Shown here in pieces: positions 29,626-39,220 of a DNA stretch of 64,000 bases; the first letter of the stretch is position 1, and each line of letters starts with the position of its first letter. Origin of the DNA: Planctomycetota bacterium (GTDB taxonomy: Bacteria; Planctomycetota; B15-G4); NCBI GenBank assembly GCA_965248575.1, contig CBDFJQ010000002.1:2656001-2720000 (forward strand), given 5' to 3'. A program made the position numbers and the translations under genes. The notes beneath the pieces are model-generated. The model ran no database searches and was not told the DNA's origin. It worked only from the letters and a program-made list of their open reading frames with translations.

Positions 29626-31386
29626 TCAGGATGGCCTCAACGATGCCGGCCTGGGTGATCTGGGCGGCTTGCCCCGGCGCTCGCGCTCAGACTCTTCAAG
29701 CCGGCCGAGCAATGCCTTGCTCATCGCGACGTCCCGCGGCTGAATCCTCTCGCCTCGCTCCCAGGCCGCGAGGCCTTTCATGATCGGGGCCAGGGAGGCC
29801 ATGTCCTCTCGCGTGTAGCCGTTGTTCATGAGCATCTGCATGTCCTCCAAACCTCCCACGCGGAGCACATCGTCAGAGACCTGCGCGATGAACCCCTCGA
29901 TCTTCTGGGCCATCTCTCTGGACGAGCCGGTCATGTGCCTCCAATTCACGTACTCGCCCTCCAGTTTGTGCTGCTCGCGGAACTTCGGCGTGTCGGCAAC
30001 GGTGCCACGACCAACCTGAAACAGATTGAGGAAGTACGCATCGACGGCCGACGTGTTGAGGAACTCGATTGTCCTGCCAATGGACTCGTCCGTCTCCCCC
30101 GGGAATCCCAGAATGAGATTGGTCATGACTGCCACACCATGGCGGCTGAACGCATCCACGACCTTGTAGGCCTCCGGAACAGTCGTCTGCTTGTTCATGA
30201 TCTTCAGCACTGTCGGGTCGGCCGATTCCATCCCGATGTTGACCATTTCGCATCCCGCCTCGGCCATCAATCGAATGGAGTCTTCGCTTAAACCCGAGGA
30301 TCGCGAGAGACAGAACCAGGAGAAGTCAAATCTCTCCTCCAGCATCATTCGGCAGGTCGCCCGCAGCTTCTCCTCCGGAAACGTGAACAGGTCGTCAACG
30401 AAGTCGATCCGGGTGACCCCGATCGCTTTCAGGGTGCGCAGCTCCTCACGCAGGAGCTCGATTGACTTGTAGTCGGTCCGGTTCATGAGCCGAAAGTCGC
30501 AGAAGCGGCAGCCAAACGGACAGCCTTGACTCGTCTGAACAGTCACGCGGCCCGCGTAATTCCTGGGGAGACACCGCCGCCAATCCGGGGTGATCTCGTC
30601 GAGCGGTATCTGCTCTGGCTCACGCTGTGTCCGGCGCACTCTCGCGAGCCGCCGGTAGATGATGTTCGGAATGGAGTCTATCGCTTCGCCACGCTTCAGC
30701 GCCTTCACAACCCGACACAAGGTGCCGAAGCCCTGCGCGTCATTGATGATGATGTCGCAGTGGTCCAGGACCGTGGGGACGAGCTCGGGATAGTTGTCCG
30801 TGTACCAGTGGAGAGTGCTGCTGCCCACAACGACCTTCGAACGCGGGGAGCGACTGGCCACCCGGTCGTAGATCTCCTTCAGGGCGAGGATCACGTCCAT
30901 GGTGATGAACGTGGTCGAGACGACCACGCAGACCGGTTCCTCGGAAAGCAGTTGATCGATCCGCTCATCCGACTCGAATCCGAATGTCTGGATGACTTCT
31001 CCCGCAAGGTCGTTCCTTGACAGGTAGTCGAGCAGGATGACTCCGTTGAGCGTTACGTCGCCGAGCCATGTGATGTACTGGTCCGCGTTTTCTCTTGTCA
31101 GGACCGGCACCTGCTGGCCCGCACGCGCATAGTTGATCACGTCTGTGGGGCACCAGCCGCGCGGCTGATCCCCTATCAACAAGCCGCATTGCTGATCCAA
31201 TACCTGTTGCATGTCCCGGCGCTGACGTGCGTACTCGAGGACGCCCAGGGGATTATAGTTTCTCTTCCTCAAGACATCGAAACCGTGCCGCAGGCGAGCC
31301 CTGAGGCTGTTCGCCGTGAGCGACTGTTTCCGGCGATCATCGGTGCTCGTGTTCGTGTTTGCGACGATCAGGCAATCGAGGTTCAT
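29626..31386 (-). CDS. Cobalamin-dependent radical SAM enzyme, PhpK-like
   Basis: GCPFGCRFC, FVDDLF, IGMESAD, ILGFPGET; N-terminal B12-binding region with VSTTF, DAQG, IPNI; C-terminal NWRHMT. Confidence 0.8.
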   Translation of the reverse strand: MNLDCLIVANTNTSTDDRRKQSLTANSLRARLRHGFDVLRKRNYNPLGVLEYARQRRDMQQVLDQQCGLLIGDQPRGWCPTDVINYARAGQQVPVLTRENADQYITWLGDVTLNGVILLDYLSRNDLAGEVIQTFGFESDERIDQLLSEEPVCVVVSTTFITMDVILALKEIYDRVASRSPRSKVVVGSSTLHWYTDNYPELVPTVLDHCDIIINDAQGFGTLCRVVKALKRGEAIDSIPNIIYRRLARVRRTQREPEQIPLDEITPDWRRCLPRNYAGRVTVQTSQGCPFGCRFCDFRLMNRTDYKSIELLREELRTLKAIGVTRIDFVDDLFTFPEEKLRATCRMMLEERFDFSWFCLSRSSGLSEDSIRLMAEAGCEMVNIGMESADPTVLKIMNKQTTVPEAYKVVDAFSRHGVAVMTNLILGFPGETDESIGRTIEFLNTSAVDAYFLNLFQVGRGTVADTPKFREQHKLEGEYVNWRHMTGSSREMAQKIEGFIAQVSDDVLRVGGLEDMQMLMNNGYTREDMASLAPIMKGLAAWERGERIQPRDVAMSKALLGRLEESERERRGKPPRSPRPASLRPS

Positions 31387-31752
31387 GGCGCGGCTCTTCG
31401 CAGGTGTGGCGGGTCGGCAGGTGGAGACGAGAAATGCCAAGCAGGGGTCTGATTACCCGTGCCTGGCAGGGATCCGGCACGCGATTGCTGTCCGCGAGTA
31501 GAGAAGTGTACCGCACCCGGGTCCGTGGACAGTGATTCGAGCGTATTCACGCGGACGCCTCGAGCGCGAGCTGGTCTGGTGCGCGACATGCGCACACCGT
31601 CACAGTCCTTCCCGCTGACCGGCGAGTGACCGACGTGTTGGCCGAAGTGAACTCTGTCACCAGGAAGACAGGCGCTTCGTTCTACCTGGTCGCCAGGCGA
31701 GGCAGGAAGCGCGGATCGTTGCACCTCCCTTCACCTCGTTCGGTGTCAGCGA

Positions 31753-33438
31753 TCAACGACGCCGATCGGATGCGATGAAACCGCCGGGACCGATCAGTGA
31801 CCAGAGCGTCCTCCAGAACAGGCGCCTCTCGAAGCTCGCGAGGGCGTCGGCGCTCCGTTCGGAGAGGAATGGAGTCGCAATCCTGGAGACGATTCGGAGC
31901 GGCCACGGAACGTGCTCGTGGAGCAGCGGCCCGTGCCTCTCGAGCAGCCGGGCGAAGACGTGACGGCGTACCGCTGGATCGTGGATCGTGGAGAACAGGG
32001 AGTTTCCTCGCACGCGATAGTCGAACGCTGCCTGGGACACGTGCCGGAACCGCCAGCCGCGCCTGCCCGCGTGCAGCCAGAACTCCCAGTCCTCCAGGCA
32101 GATCATCTCGATGTCGTAGCCACCGACGTCCTCCCACAGGGCGCGGCGATAGAGCGCGCACGCGTCGATGTCGTTGCCGCCGAGCAACTTGCGCAGGTCG
32201 AAGGCGGGCTGCGTGTAGACACCGCTGCGCGCGCCGAACAGCTGGCGATCGCCGTAGATGACCCCGATGTCCGGCGCTTGGTCCAGCGCGGCGACGGCCA
32301 GCTCGAGGAAACCCGGGCGCAGGCGGTTGTCGGCGTCCAGGGGCAGGACGTACCGGCCACGGGCCCGCTCGATCCCGGCGTTGCGTGCAGACGAGAGACC
32401 TCCGTTGACCTGTCGGAGCACGGTCGTGCCTCGCGCCCGGATCGCGTCGAGGATGCGCAGCGTCTCGGGGTCGGTCGAGCCGTCGTCGACGACGATCAGC
32501 TCATGGGAGGCGTCAGCGAACTGTTCCACGCTCGCGAGAGCATCGAGCAGGTACACACCGTCGTCGTGCACCGGCACCACGATCGAGACGGCCACATCGC
32601 CGGCATCTCCAGGCCCACACACGCTCGTCCGTGTCGGCTGTTCGGAGCGCCATAGCCCCCGCGCGGGGATGTCGGCCAGCTCGTCGAGGGCACCGAGCAA
32701 GCGCACGCACTCCGGATAGGCGGCGGCCATGAGGTCCGCGCGCCTGTCGTCCGCCTGGCTCTGGAAGATCGTGGGGTCGAACGCCTCGGAGAGATCGGTG
32801 GGGGTCAGATCGAGACCCAGCTTGCCCGTGAGCAGCTGGCGAAAGTCCTCGAGCTGGCTCGGCAGCGCGTTGCTGGACACGAGCAGGCAGCGGTCGCGGT
32901 GCCGCTCGTAGAAACGGAGCAGCCGCTCGTTGTAGTGCGTCCAGATGCGGTGGCCGTACGATGGGTTCGCCAGGAAGACCGGCGCGCCACCTCGCTGCAT
33001 CGAGTCCGCGACCTCCCACGGGAATCGGTAGACGAGCACGTAGCGCGGCTGGTCGAGGCAGGCCTCCCAGACATCGAGCGTGAGCGTCGTGCGTGGATCC
33101 TTGAAGCCCCAGGCGACGCCCCCACCGGCGCGCTCGGCGGCCAGCTTTCGCGCCCGCTCTCCGAACTCCCCCAGCCTGGCCTCATCGAGCTCGTGCTCCT
33201 CGCACCAACCCCAGTCCACATGACCCGCTGCGCCTTCGGGCAACAGCTCCGCGAAGAGCTCCCCGTGCACGGTCACGATGTCGACGTCTTCGAAGTAACC
33301 GCGCTCGTTGTGGACGTCCGCAGGCAGCAGCCGCCGGCCCATGTCGATCCCGAGCGACGCGAGCATGCCACCGACCATCGAGGTGCCGGAGCGGTGCATG
33401 CCCGCTACGAGCACGGCAGGCGGCTCGCGGCTGGTCAA
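31753..33438 (-). CDS. Sulfotransferase-GT2 glycosyltransferase fusion
   Basis: N-terminal VAGMHRSGTS, GYFED, WGFKDPR; C-terminal VSIVVP, VVDDGSTD, NGGLSSARNAG, LPLDADN, EDWEFW. Confidence 0.85.
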   Translation of the reverse strand: MTSREPPAVLVAGMHRSGTSMVGGMLASLGIDMGRRLLPADVHNERGYFEDVDIVTVHGELFAELLPEGAAGHVDWGWCEEHELDEARLGEFGERARKLAAERAGGGVAWGFKDPRTTLTLDVWEACLDQPRYVLVYRFPWEVADSMQRGGAPVFLANPSYGHRIWTHYNERLLRFYERHRDRCLLVSSNALPSQLEDFRQLLTGKLGLDLTPTDLSEAFDPTIFQSQADDRRADLMAAAYPECVRLLGALDELADIPARGLWRSEQPTRTSVCGPGDAGDVAVSIVVPVHDDGVYLLDALASVEQFADASHELIVVDDGSTDPETLRILDAIRARGTTVLRQVNGGLSSARNAGIERARGRYVLPLDADNRLRPGFLELAVAALDQAPDIGVIYGDRQLFGARSGVYTQPAFDLRKLLGGNDIDACALYRRALWEDVGGYDIEMICLEDWEFWLHAGRRGWRFRHVSQAAFDYRVRGNSLFSTIHDPAVRRHVFARLLERHGPLLHEHVPWPLRIVSRIATPFLSERSADALASFERRLFWRTLWSLIGPGGFIASDRRR

Positions 33439-34241
33439 GTTGCGTACTCCGGGAAGACACGAAAGAGCAGCCGCTCCCGGTGTCGGAAAGAGCGCTCAAG
33501 CTCGGCGTCGAAGTACTCGTTCCAGGGACGCTTTGCTCGGGAACGCGCGACGTTGACGGGCCGCCGTTCGGCGAGGAAGGCCGTGTCGTCCGGGCTGAAG
33601 CCCTGCTCATGGAGAAAGGACGCCAACTCGCCGGCGAGGTCCTCCAGATGCAGGAAGTGCACGTCGGCGAGGTCTTCGATCATGGCGCCACTGTCGATGC
33701 TCGCGTTGCTGAGGCGGGCCAAGGCGGCGTCGGGATCAGGGGCAAGGAAGCGCATCAGGTGGAGCGACTGGGAACCCACGTCCGCCTGGCAGTCGACGCC
33801 CTGCAACACGTTTGGTCGATCGAAGACATCCATCAGCTCGAGGTACTGTCGGAAGTCGAGATCGGGGAAGGACGGAAAGCGGTCCTGCACGGCCCGTCGG
33901 TCAGCCGGTGGTCGCTCACGCCAGAACCCGTGCTCGTACAACGAGACCGCCCGGTCGAGAGGGTGGCGTGTCACGCAGACATGCGGCCGGTCGCGGTAGC
34001 GCGCTGGGATCTGGGAGACGCACCCGTGCTGGCTGCGTCGCCCCTCCCGGCGCGCTTGGAGCGTGCGGTCCATCCGATGACTCAGCTCGCGGAACCGGCG
34101 GCACCCCCAACCCAGTCGGCCCCGGAGCTCCCGCAACGGTCCGGCTTCGCACTGACCGTAGAGCTCGCGCAACACGCCACGCATGAAGGTCGAACCCGTG
34201 CGCGGATAGTTCAGCAAGACGAACCGGTCCGTGATGATCAA
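33435..34241 (-). CDS. Sulfotransferase-like protein (Sulfotransfer_2-like)
   Basis: FVLLNYPRTGST (5'-PSB-like), TRHPLDRAVSLY (3'-PB-like), WNEYFD; 4-bp overlaps with both neighbours. Confidence 0.65.
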   Translation of the reverse strand: MIITDRFVLLNYPRTGSTFMRGVLRELYGQCEAGPLRELRGRLGWGCRRFRELSHRMDRTLQARREGRRSQHGCVSQIPARYRDRPHVCVTRHPLDRAVSLYEHGFWRERPPADRRAVQDRFPSFPDLDFRQYLELMDVFDRPNVLQGVDCQADVGSQSLHLMRFLAPDPDAALARLSNASIDSGAMIEDLADVHFLHLEDLAGELASFLHEQGFSPDDTAFLAERRPVNVARSRAKRPWNEYFDAELERSFRHRERLLFRVFPEYAT

Positions 34242-35209
34242 CCCGACGCCTCGGCGGGACCCATCTGCTCGGCATCCAGCGGCGTCACGGCGCGCGCCGA
34301 CGGAGGGCGCAACTCGTCGGACAGGCCGAGGCCGTATCGCAGCGCGGCCATGAAGAGATGCCGCGCGGCCCGCAGGTGTCCCTGCATGAGCAGCTGCCTG
34401 AGGTCGTCGGCGAACGTCAAGGCCGTGAAGAAGGGCGCCGAGAGCCTACTGGCGTGCTTGCGATGGAACACTCCCGTGCTGCGCACCTTGCACGCCCACC
34501 GCCACGCCTCCGAGCGCACCGCGCGGGCCCCGTCGGGCTGGTCGTGCCACATGAGGGCCTTCGGCTCGCACCAGATCTCGTAGCCTGCGGCGCGCATCCG
34601 CCGGCACAGATCGAGGTCTTCGTAGTACATCGGGAACTCGCTGTCGAACCCGCCCACCTCTCGCAGCGCCGCCATGCGGATGAGCATGCCGTGGCCCCAC
34701 ACGTAGTCGGTGCAGGCGGCCTCGCTTCGGGGTTCGGTTTCGGCCCGTCCGATGCCGGGAATGCGCTGCCCGAGGGGCAGGCGACCCTGCCACGATCCGG
34801 CATAGATGAGCCGCGGCTGACCGTCGGGCATGGGGTCGAAGGAGAACGTCTTGGGGCCCACGATGCCGGCCGACGGATGCCGATCGGCGAAGCAAGCCAG
34901 CGCGCCAAGCATCTCCGGATCGACGAGCGTGTCCTGGTTCAAGAGCAGGACCCACTCGGCGCCCGCTTCCTCCAGTCGCTGGAACCCGACGTTGCAGGTG
35001 TGACCGAAGCCCCTGTTCTCCGGAAGGGCGAGCACCTCGCAGGTGGGTGCATGCTCACGCACGGAAGCCACGGTGTCATCCCTGGACCCGTCATCGACCA
35101 CCAGGATCCGTCGTGGTGCCTCCTGGGATGCGAAGAGCGAGTCGAGGCAACGAAGCAGGGTGTCGCGCTGGTTGTTGGATGGGATGAGCACGTCGATGTC
35201 GCACGTCAT
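34238..35209 (-). CDS. GT2 glycosyltransferase (rhamnosyltransferase-like)
   Basis: VVDDGSRD, ENRGFGHTCN, LLLNQD, VGGFDSEFPMYYEDLDLCRR; ATG at 35209. Confidence 0.85.
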   Translation of the reverse strand: MTCDIDVLIPSNNQRDTLLRCLDSLFASQEAPRRILVVDDGSRDDTVASVREHAPTCEVLALPENRGFGHTCNVGFQRLEEAGAEWVLLLNQDTLVDPEMLGALACFADRHPSAGIVGPKTFSFDPMPDGQPRLIYAGSWQGRLPLGQRIPGIGRAETEPRSEAACTDYVWGHGMLIRMAALREVGGFDSEFPMYYEDLDLCRRMRAAGYEIWCEPKALMWHDQPDGARAVRSEAWRWACKVRSTGVFHRKHASRLSAPFFTALTFADDLRQLLMQGHLRAARHLFMAALRYGLGLSDELRPPSARAVTPLDAEQMGPAEASG

Positions 35210-35350
35210 GCGCGAAGTATACCCGCATGACCCAAGCCATCGCGGGCGACACCAGCGTCGCTGCCCGTGTTTCCGGACTGTCCAAGCTGCAAGACCTGCT
35301 AGTCTGGCCCCGATGGTGGAGCTGTCTCGATTCCCCGACGGAACCGCCCA

Positions 35351-36871
35351 GTGACGCCCTCCATCTCTCCGGAGGGAGACGCCGGCACGACGGATCCACA
35401 ACACAGCAGGGCAGCCGCCGAGACCGGCGGGGTCTTCGCTGCCCAGGTCGTGACCCATCTGTTGCGCTATGCCGGTGCGGTCTGCCTGGCCCAGGCGGTC
35501 GGAGTCGCGTGGTACGGCAGCTACACCCTCGGCCTGACCGTGGTGACCGTGCTCGGCATGGTCTCGTTGATGGGGGTCGCGCCGGGGGCCTTGCCGCTGC
35601 TGGCACGGGCGCGGCGGGCAGCCGATGCCGAACGGCTGTCCGCCGTCGTCCGGGCCACCTGGGTCATCGTGCTGATCTGCGCCGTGCCAGCGACGCTGGC
35701 CGTGACGCTGGGTGGGCGATGGATCGGGATCGCGGCTTTCGACGAGCCGGCACTGGCGAGCATCCTCCCGCTGTTCGGATTGTTCGTGCTGCTCTCGGCG
35801 TTGAGCCGCGGGACCGCGGGGCTCGTGCAAGGGCTGCTCGGCGCCCACCGCCAGGCGCTCATCGAGCCATTGCTCGTCGTCGCCGTCACGGTCGCCGGAC
35901 TGGCCTGCACCTGGTATTTCGACTGGGGCATCACAGCGGCCGTGCTGGCCACCTTGGCCGGTCCGCTGGCCGGGGTCGTCGTCGGCGCGCGGCTGGTCTT
36001 CGCGACCGTGCCGGATGTCGCGCGTCTCGCCAGCCCGGCGAAGCTGCCTGTTCGGGAGCTCTTCGCCGACTCGTGGCCCCTCATGGGTGTGAGCACCTTT
36101 GCCTTCCTGCTCATGTGGATGGACGTGCTGCTCATGGGCGTCTTCCGGGGCGCCGACGAGGTGGGTGTCTATGGTGCCTGCGCCCGACTCGCGGTGACGG
36201 TGTTGCTCTTGCACAGTGCGGCCGGCCCCGTCCTTCTCGCTCGACTCAGCACGCACATCGCAGGAGACGAGTGGTCGGCCGCCCGGCACCTGTACCGCGC
36301 GACGTGCCGCTGGTCTGCCTGGGCCGGTGCCACCCTGGCCGGCACCCTGATCGTCTGGCGTCACGAGCTGCTCGGCCTCTTCGGGGAGCAGTTCGTCGTG
36401 GGCGCCTCGACGCTCGCCGTGCTCGCGAGCGGCCGCCTCGTCACCGCGAGTGTCGGCATGTGTGGGCAGGTGCTGGTGGCGACGGGCCGAGGGCGACTCG
36501 GCCTCTTGAACCTGATCGTGATGGTGGCCTGCAACGGCGTGCTCGACATCCTCTGGATCCCCCGGTACGGCGGAATGGGCGCGGCCGCGGCCACCTGCGC
36601 GAGTATCGTGCTCGTCAAGTCGCTGCAGAGCGTGCAGGTGTGGCGGATCTTCGGAATGCATCCATTCTCGACGCAAAGCCTGAAGGCCCTGCCAGCCATC
36701 GCCGTCGTGACGGTGCTCGCGGAAACTGCGAAGGGTGAGCCGACGCCGGGATACCTCTGGCTCGTCGGGCTGGCGGGCTTCGCACTCGTCTGCGGGTTGC
36801 TCTACTACTGGCTGGGTGCCGACGAGGACGACCGTTCGGTGATCGGCACCTGGTTGCAGCGAGGCGTCTGA
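35351..36871 (+). CDS. Oligosaccharide flippase (Wzx/RfbX-like)
   Basis: Polytopic membrane protein with YGSYTL, DVLLMG...VGVYG, IPRYGGMGAA typical of Wzx-type flippases. Confidence 0.8.
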   Translation: MTPSISPEGDAGTTDPQHSRAAAETGGVFAAQVVTHLLRYAGAVCLAQAVGVAWYGSYTLGLTVVTVLGMVSLMGVAPGALPLLARARRAADAERLSAVVRATWVIVLICAVPATLAVTLGGRWIGIAAFDEPALASILPLFGLFVLLSALSRGTAGLVQGLLGAHRQALIEPLLVVAVTVAGLACTWYFDWGITAAVLATLAGPLAGVVVGARLVFATVPDVARLASPAKLPVRELFADSWPLMGVSTFAFLLMWMDVLLMGVFRGADEVGVYGACARLAVTVLLLHSAAGPVLLARLSTHIAGDEWSAARHLYRATCRWSAWAGATLAGTLIVWRHELLGLFGEQFVVGASTLAVLASGRLVTASVGMCGQVLVATGRGRLGLLNLIVMVACNGVLDILWIPRYGGMGAAAATCASIVLVKSLQSVQVWRIFGMHPFSTQSLKALPAIAVVTVLAETAKGEPTPGYLWLVGLAGFALVCGLLYYWLGADEDDRSVIGTWLQRGV

Positions 36872-36884
36872 GCTGGGGCGCTCG

Positions 36885-38285
36885 TCAGCGGGCGCCGCCG
36901 TCTTCGGCGGGCAGTGACCAGTGCTCGTCTTCCTCCTCGACGATCTTCACCTGCTGCCGGATGTAGTGGGCAGGGTGGTCGATGCGCCCGGCGTGGGTGA
37001 CGGCCCGGGCCTCATCCGTGCCGAACATCTCGGCGTAGTCGCCGTGGAAGCCGTCGCAGATGCGTCGTAGATCACATCGGCTGCAGGCTGACGCGTACTG
37101 GTAGCCGCAGTGCTCGACCGCCCGCAGCTCGCCATTGTTCCAGTACAGCTGCTCTCGATCGAGCTGCCGACCGAAGACCCTGGAGGCGGCGGCATAACCA
37201 CGTCTCACGACCGACGCCAGCGTCTCGCTCCGCTCGATCAGGTGCTTGAGCGGGGTGGTGAGGAAGCGCCACCGGCCGGTGCTGACGCGGGGCTCGAGGG
37301 GCGGCGGTGTCGTGGGCGGTCCAGGGCGGCTGCGCTGCTCCTGCATGCCGGTCCAGCTCCAGCTCGCATAGTCCCACTCGTGGTGGTCATAGGACAGCTG
37401 CTTGAAGTTGTACATCGACTTGCGGTGCCTCTCAGCCACCAGGCAGAGCGGGAAGTAGCGCACGTTGGCTTCCACGCCGGCGGCTTCGAGCCGATCGAGG
37501 GCCTCGTCGAGTGGGCCACTCACCTCCGCATATCGCGGGACGTTCTCGTCTGTTCGGACCCCCGCCTTCAACTGGTCCTCGAACGGGTTGAAGGTGAGGA
37601 AGTTGACCGCGTTGGCACCGGTCGCGATCGCCAGGTCGGCGATGGCCGGGAGCTGTGGCGTGGCGGCCTTGGACATGACGCAGTTGAAGCGAAAAGGGAT
37701 GCCCAGCTGCTGGAAGTTCCGCAGCGCCTGCATCTGCTTCTCGTGGGCGCCTTCCAACCCCACGGCCATGTCGTGCTGCGCGCCGAGACCCTGCACGCTG
37801 ACCAGGAAGTCGCGCACCCCCGCCTCTTGCAGGTCGCGGCAACGTCCCTCGTCGGCCAGCACGACGGCGTTCGTGATCAGCGTCGGATGCAAGCCGATGT
37901 CGCGGCAATGGCTGACAAGGTCGAGGATGCCTGGAAAGAGCGTCGGCTCACCACCCTGGATGTCGATGGCGTTGTTGCCGTACTCCTCCCTCAGGACACC
38001 GCAGATCTCCTTGGCCTTCTCGAGCGTCATGAACGGGTGCTCGATGTGTTCGGCGTCCTCGATGCGGTCGAGGAAGTAGCAGAAGTGGCAGCGCAGGTTG
38101 CAGGTCTGGCCCAGCCACATGACACCGCGCCGCGTGAGCATGCGCCGGGTGGTCGTGGCGTACGGCACGGGCGCTCTGCGCGACGAGGTGGAGGCGATTT
38201 CGAGCGCAGCCGCGAGCAGCTCTTCGGGTGGAGCGAGCGACTCGGGGATGTGCGATGCGCCACGTGCGACGACGATTCTGGCCAT
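36885..38285 (-). CDS. Radical SAM protein with C-terminal SPASM/Twitch-like Cys motif
   Basis: CNLRCHFC, IQGGEPT, ITNA, VRYFPLC, CSRCDLRRICDG. Confidence 0.85.
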   Translation of the reverse strand: MARIVVARGASHIPESLAPPEELLAAALEIASTSSRRAPVPYATTTRRMLTRRGVMWLGQTCNLRCHFCYFLDRIEDAEHIEHPFMTLEKAKEICGVLREEYGNNAIDIQGGEPTLFPGILDLVSHCRDIGLHPTLITNAVVLADEGRCRDLQEAGVRDFLVSVQGLGAQHDMAVGLEGAHEKQMQALRNFQQLGIPFRFNCVMSKAATPQLPAIADLAIATGANAVNFLTFNPFEDQLKAGVRTDENVPRYAEVSGPLDEALDRLEAAGVEANVRYFPLCLVAERHRKSMYNFKQLSYDHHEWDYASWSWTGMQEQRSRPGPPTTPPPLEPRVSTGRWRFLTTPLKHLIERSETLASVVRRGYAAASRVFGRQLDREQLYWNNGELRAVEHCGYQYASACSRCDLRRICDGFHGDYAEMFGTDEARAVTHAGRIDHPAHYIRQQVKIVEEEDEHWSLPAEDGGAR

Positions 38286-38314
38286 GTGAGTCCTTGGGGC
38301 GAAGGCTGATCAGC

Positions 38315-39190
38315 CTATCGCAGATGCTTCCTGCGGGCGGAGAAGAACCCGATCGCGTTGGCGACCTGGGAGACGCACAGCAGTGCGCTCACCCTGAAGG
38401 GGTGGGGCTCACCCGGCTGCCGGAACGGAAAGAAGACGAGGTCCGAATAGAACTTCAGCGGCTCGAAGGAGTCGGGCGTGGCGCGATCGTTCCGCTTGCT
38501 GTGGAACTGGAAGGCGCCTTGGCCATACCGATGGTGCTGCCTCCAGAACCGACCCAGCGAGAGTTCATGGTGGTGCTCGATGATCGCTTCGGGAACGAAA
38601 CGCAAATCGATGTCTTGCTCGAGACAACGGGCGCAGAAGTCGCGGTCCTCCCCTCCTGCGAGGCCGAACTTCGTATCGAACCCGCCCAACTCCTCGAAGG
38701 TCGCGCGCGACATGGCGATGTTGTTGGAGGCCAGGAACGGGGCCCTCTTCTGCATGTAGTAGGCCGTGATGTAGGTGACGAGGGCCTGGCTCGCTCGCGA
38801 ATACGCATTGTCCGTCAGGGCATTGGCCGTGTGCCCACCCACCATCCTCCTCGGCCCCTCTCCGAGAGCCCGGGTGAGTTCGGTGATCCAGTCCGGGTGC
38901 GGCTGGCAGTCGTCGTCGGCGAACGCCAGCACGTCGAACCGCGCCAGGCGCGCCCCTCGGTTGCGCGCCGACGCAGGCCCCGCGTGAGACTGCGAGGCCC
39001 AGGTGACGTGCAGCCCATCCGGCCGAGGTTCACGCCGGCCATTCAAGCCGGCTTCGGGCTCCCCGTCCTCGACCACCACCACCTCGAGGGCGTCGCGCGG
39101 GTGGTCCAGCCGAGCCATCGCATCGAGCGTGCGCGCCAGGGCTTCCGAGCGCCGGTAGGTGGGAATGATGATCGAGACGTCTGGAGTCAT
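38315..39190 (-). CDS. GT2 glycosyltransferase
   Basis: VSIIIPTY, GPASARNRG, AFADDDC, GGFD...GEDRDF. Confidence 0.88.
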   Translation of the reverse strand: MTPDVSIIIPTYRRSEALARTLDAMARLDHPRDALEVVVVEDGEPEAGLNGRREPRPDGLHVTWASQSHAGPASARNRGARLARFDVLAFADDDCQPHPDWITELTRALGEGPRRMVGGHTANALTDNAYSRASQALVTYITAYYMQKRAPFLASNNIAMSRATFEELGGFDTKFGLAGGEDRDFCARCLEQDIDLRFVPEAIIEHHHELSLGRFWRQHHRYGQGAFQFHSKRNDRATPDSFEPLKFYSDLVFFPFRQPGEPHPFRVSALLCVSQVANAIGFFSARRKHLR

Positions 39191-39217
39191 GGTTGCCCAT
39201 GGTTGCCCATGGTTGCC
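39188..39217 (-). repeat. 10-bp tandem repeat x3 containing the GT2 start codon
   Basis: CATGGTTGCC at 39188, 39198, 39208 (GGCAACCATG x3 on the minus strand). Confidence 0.9.
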
Positions 39218-39220
39218 GGA

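Noticed and set aside
35210..36676. 812-aa version of the GT2 ORF
   Set aside because: The extension is antisense to the flippase; GT2 similarity begins at ATG 35209.
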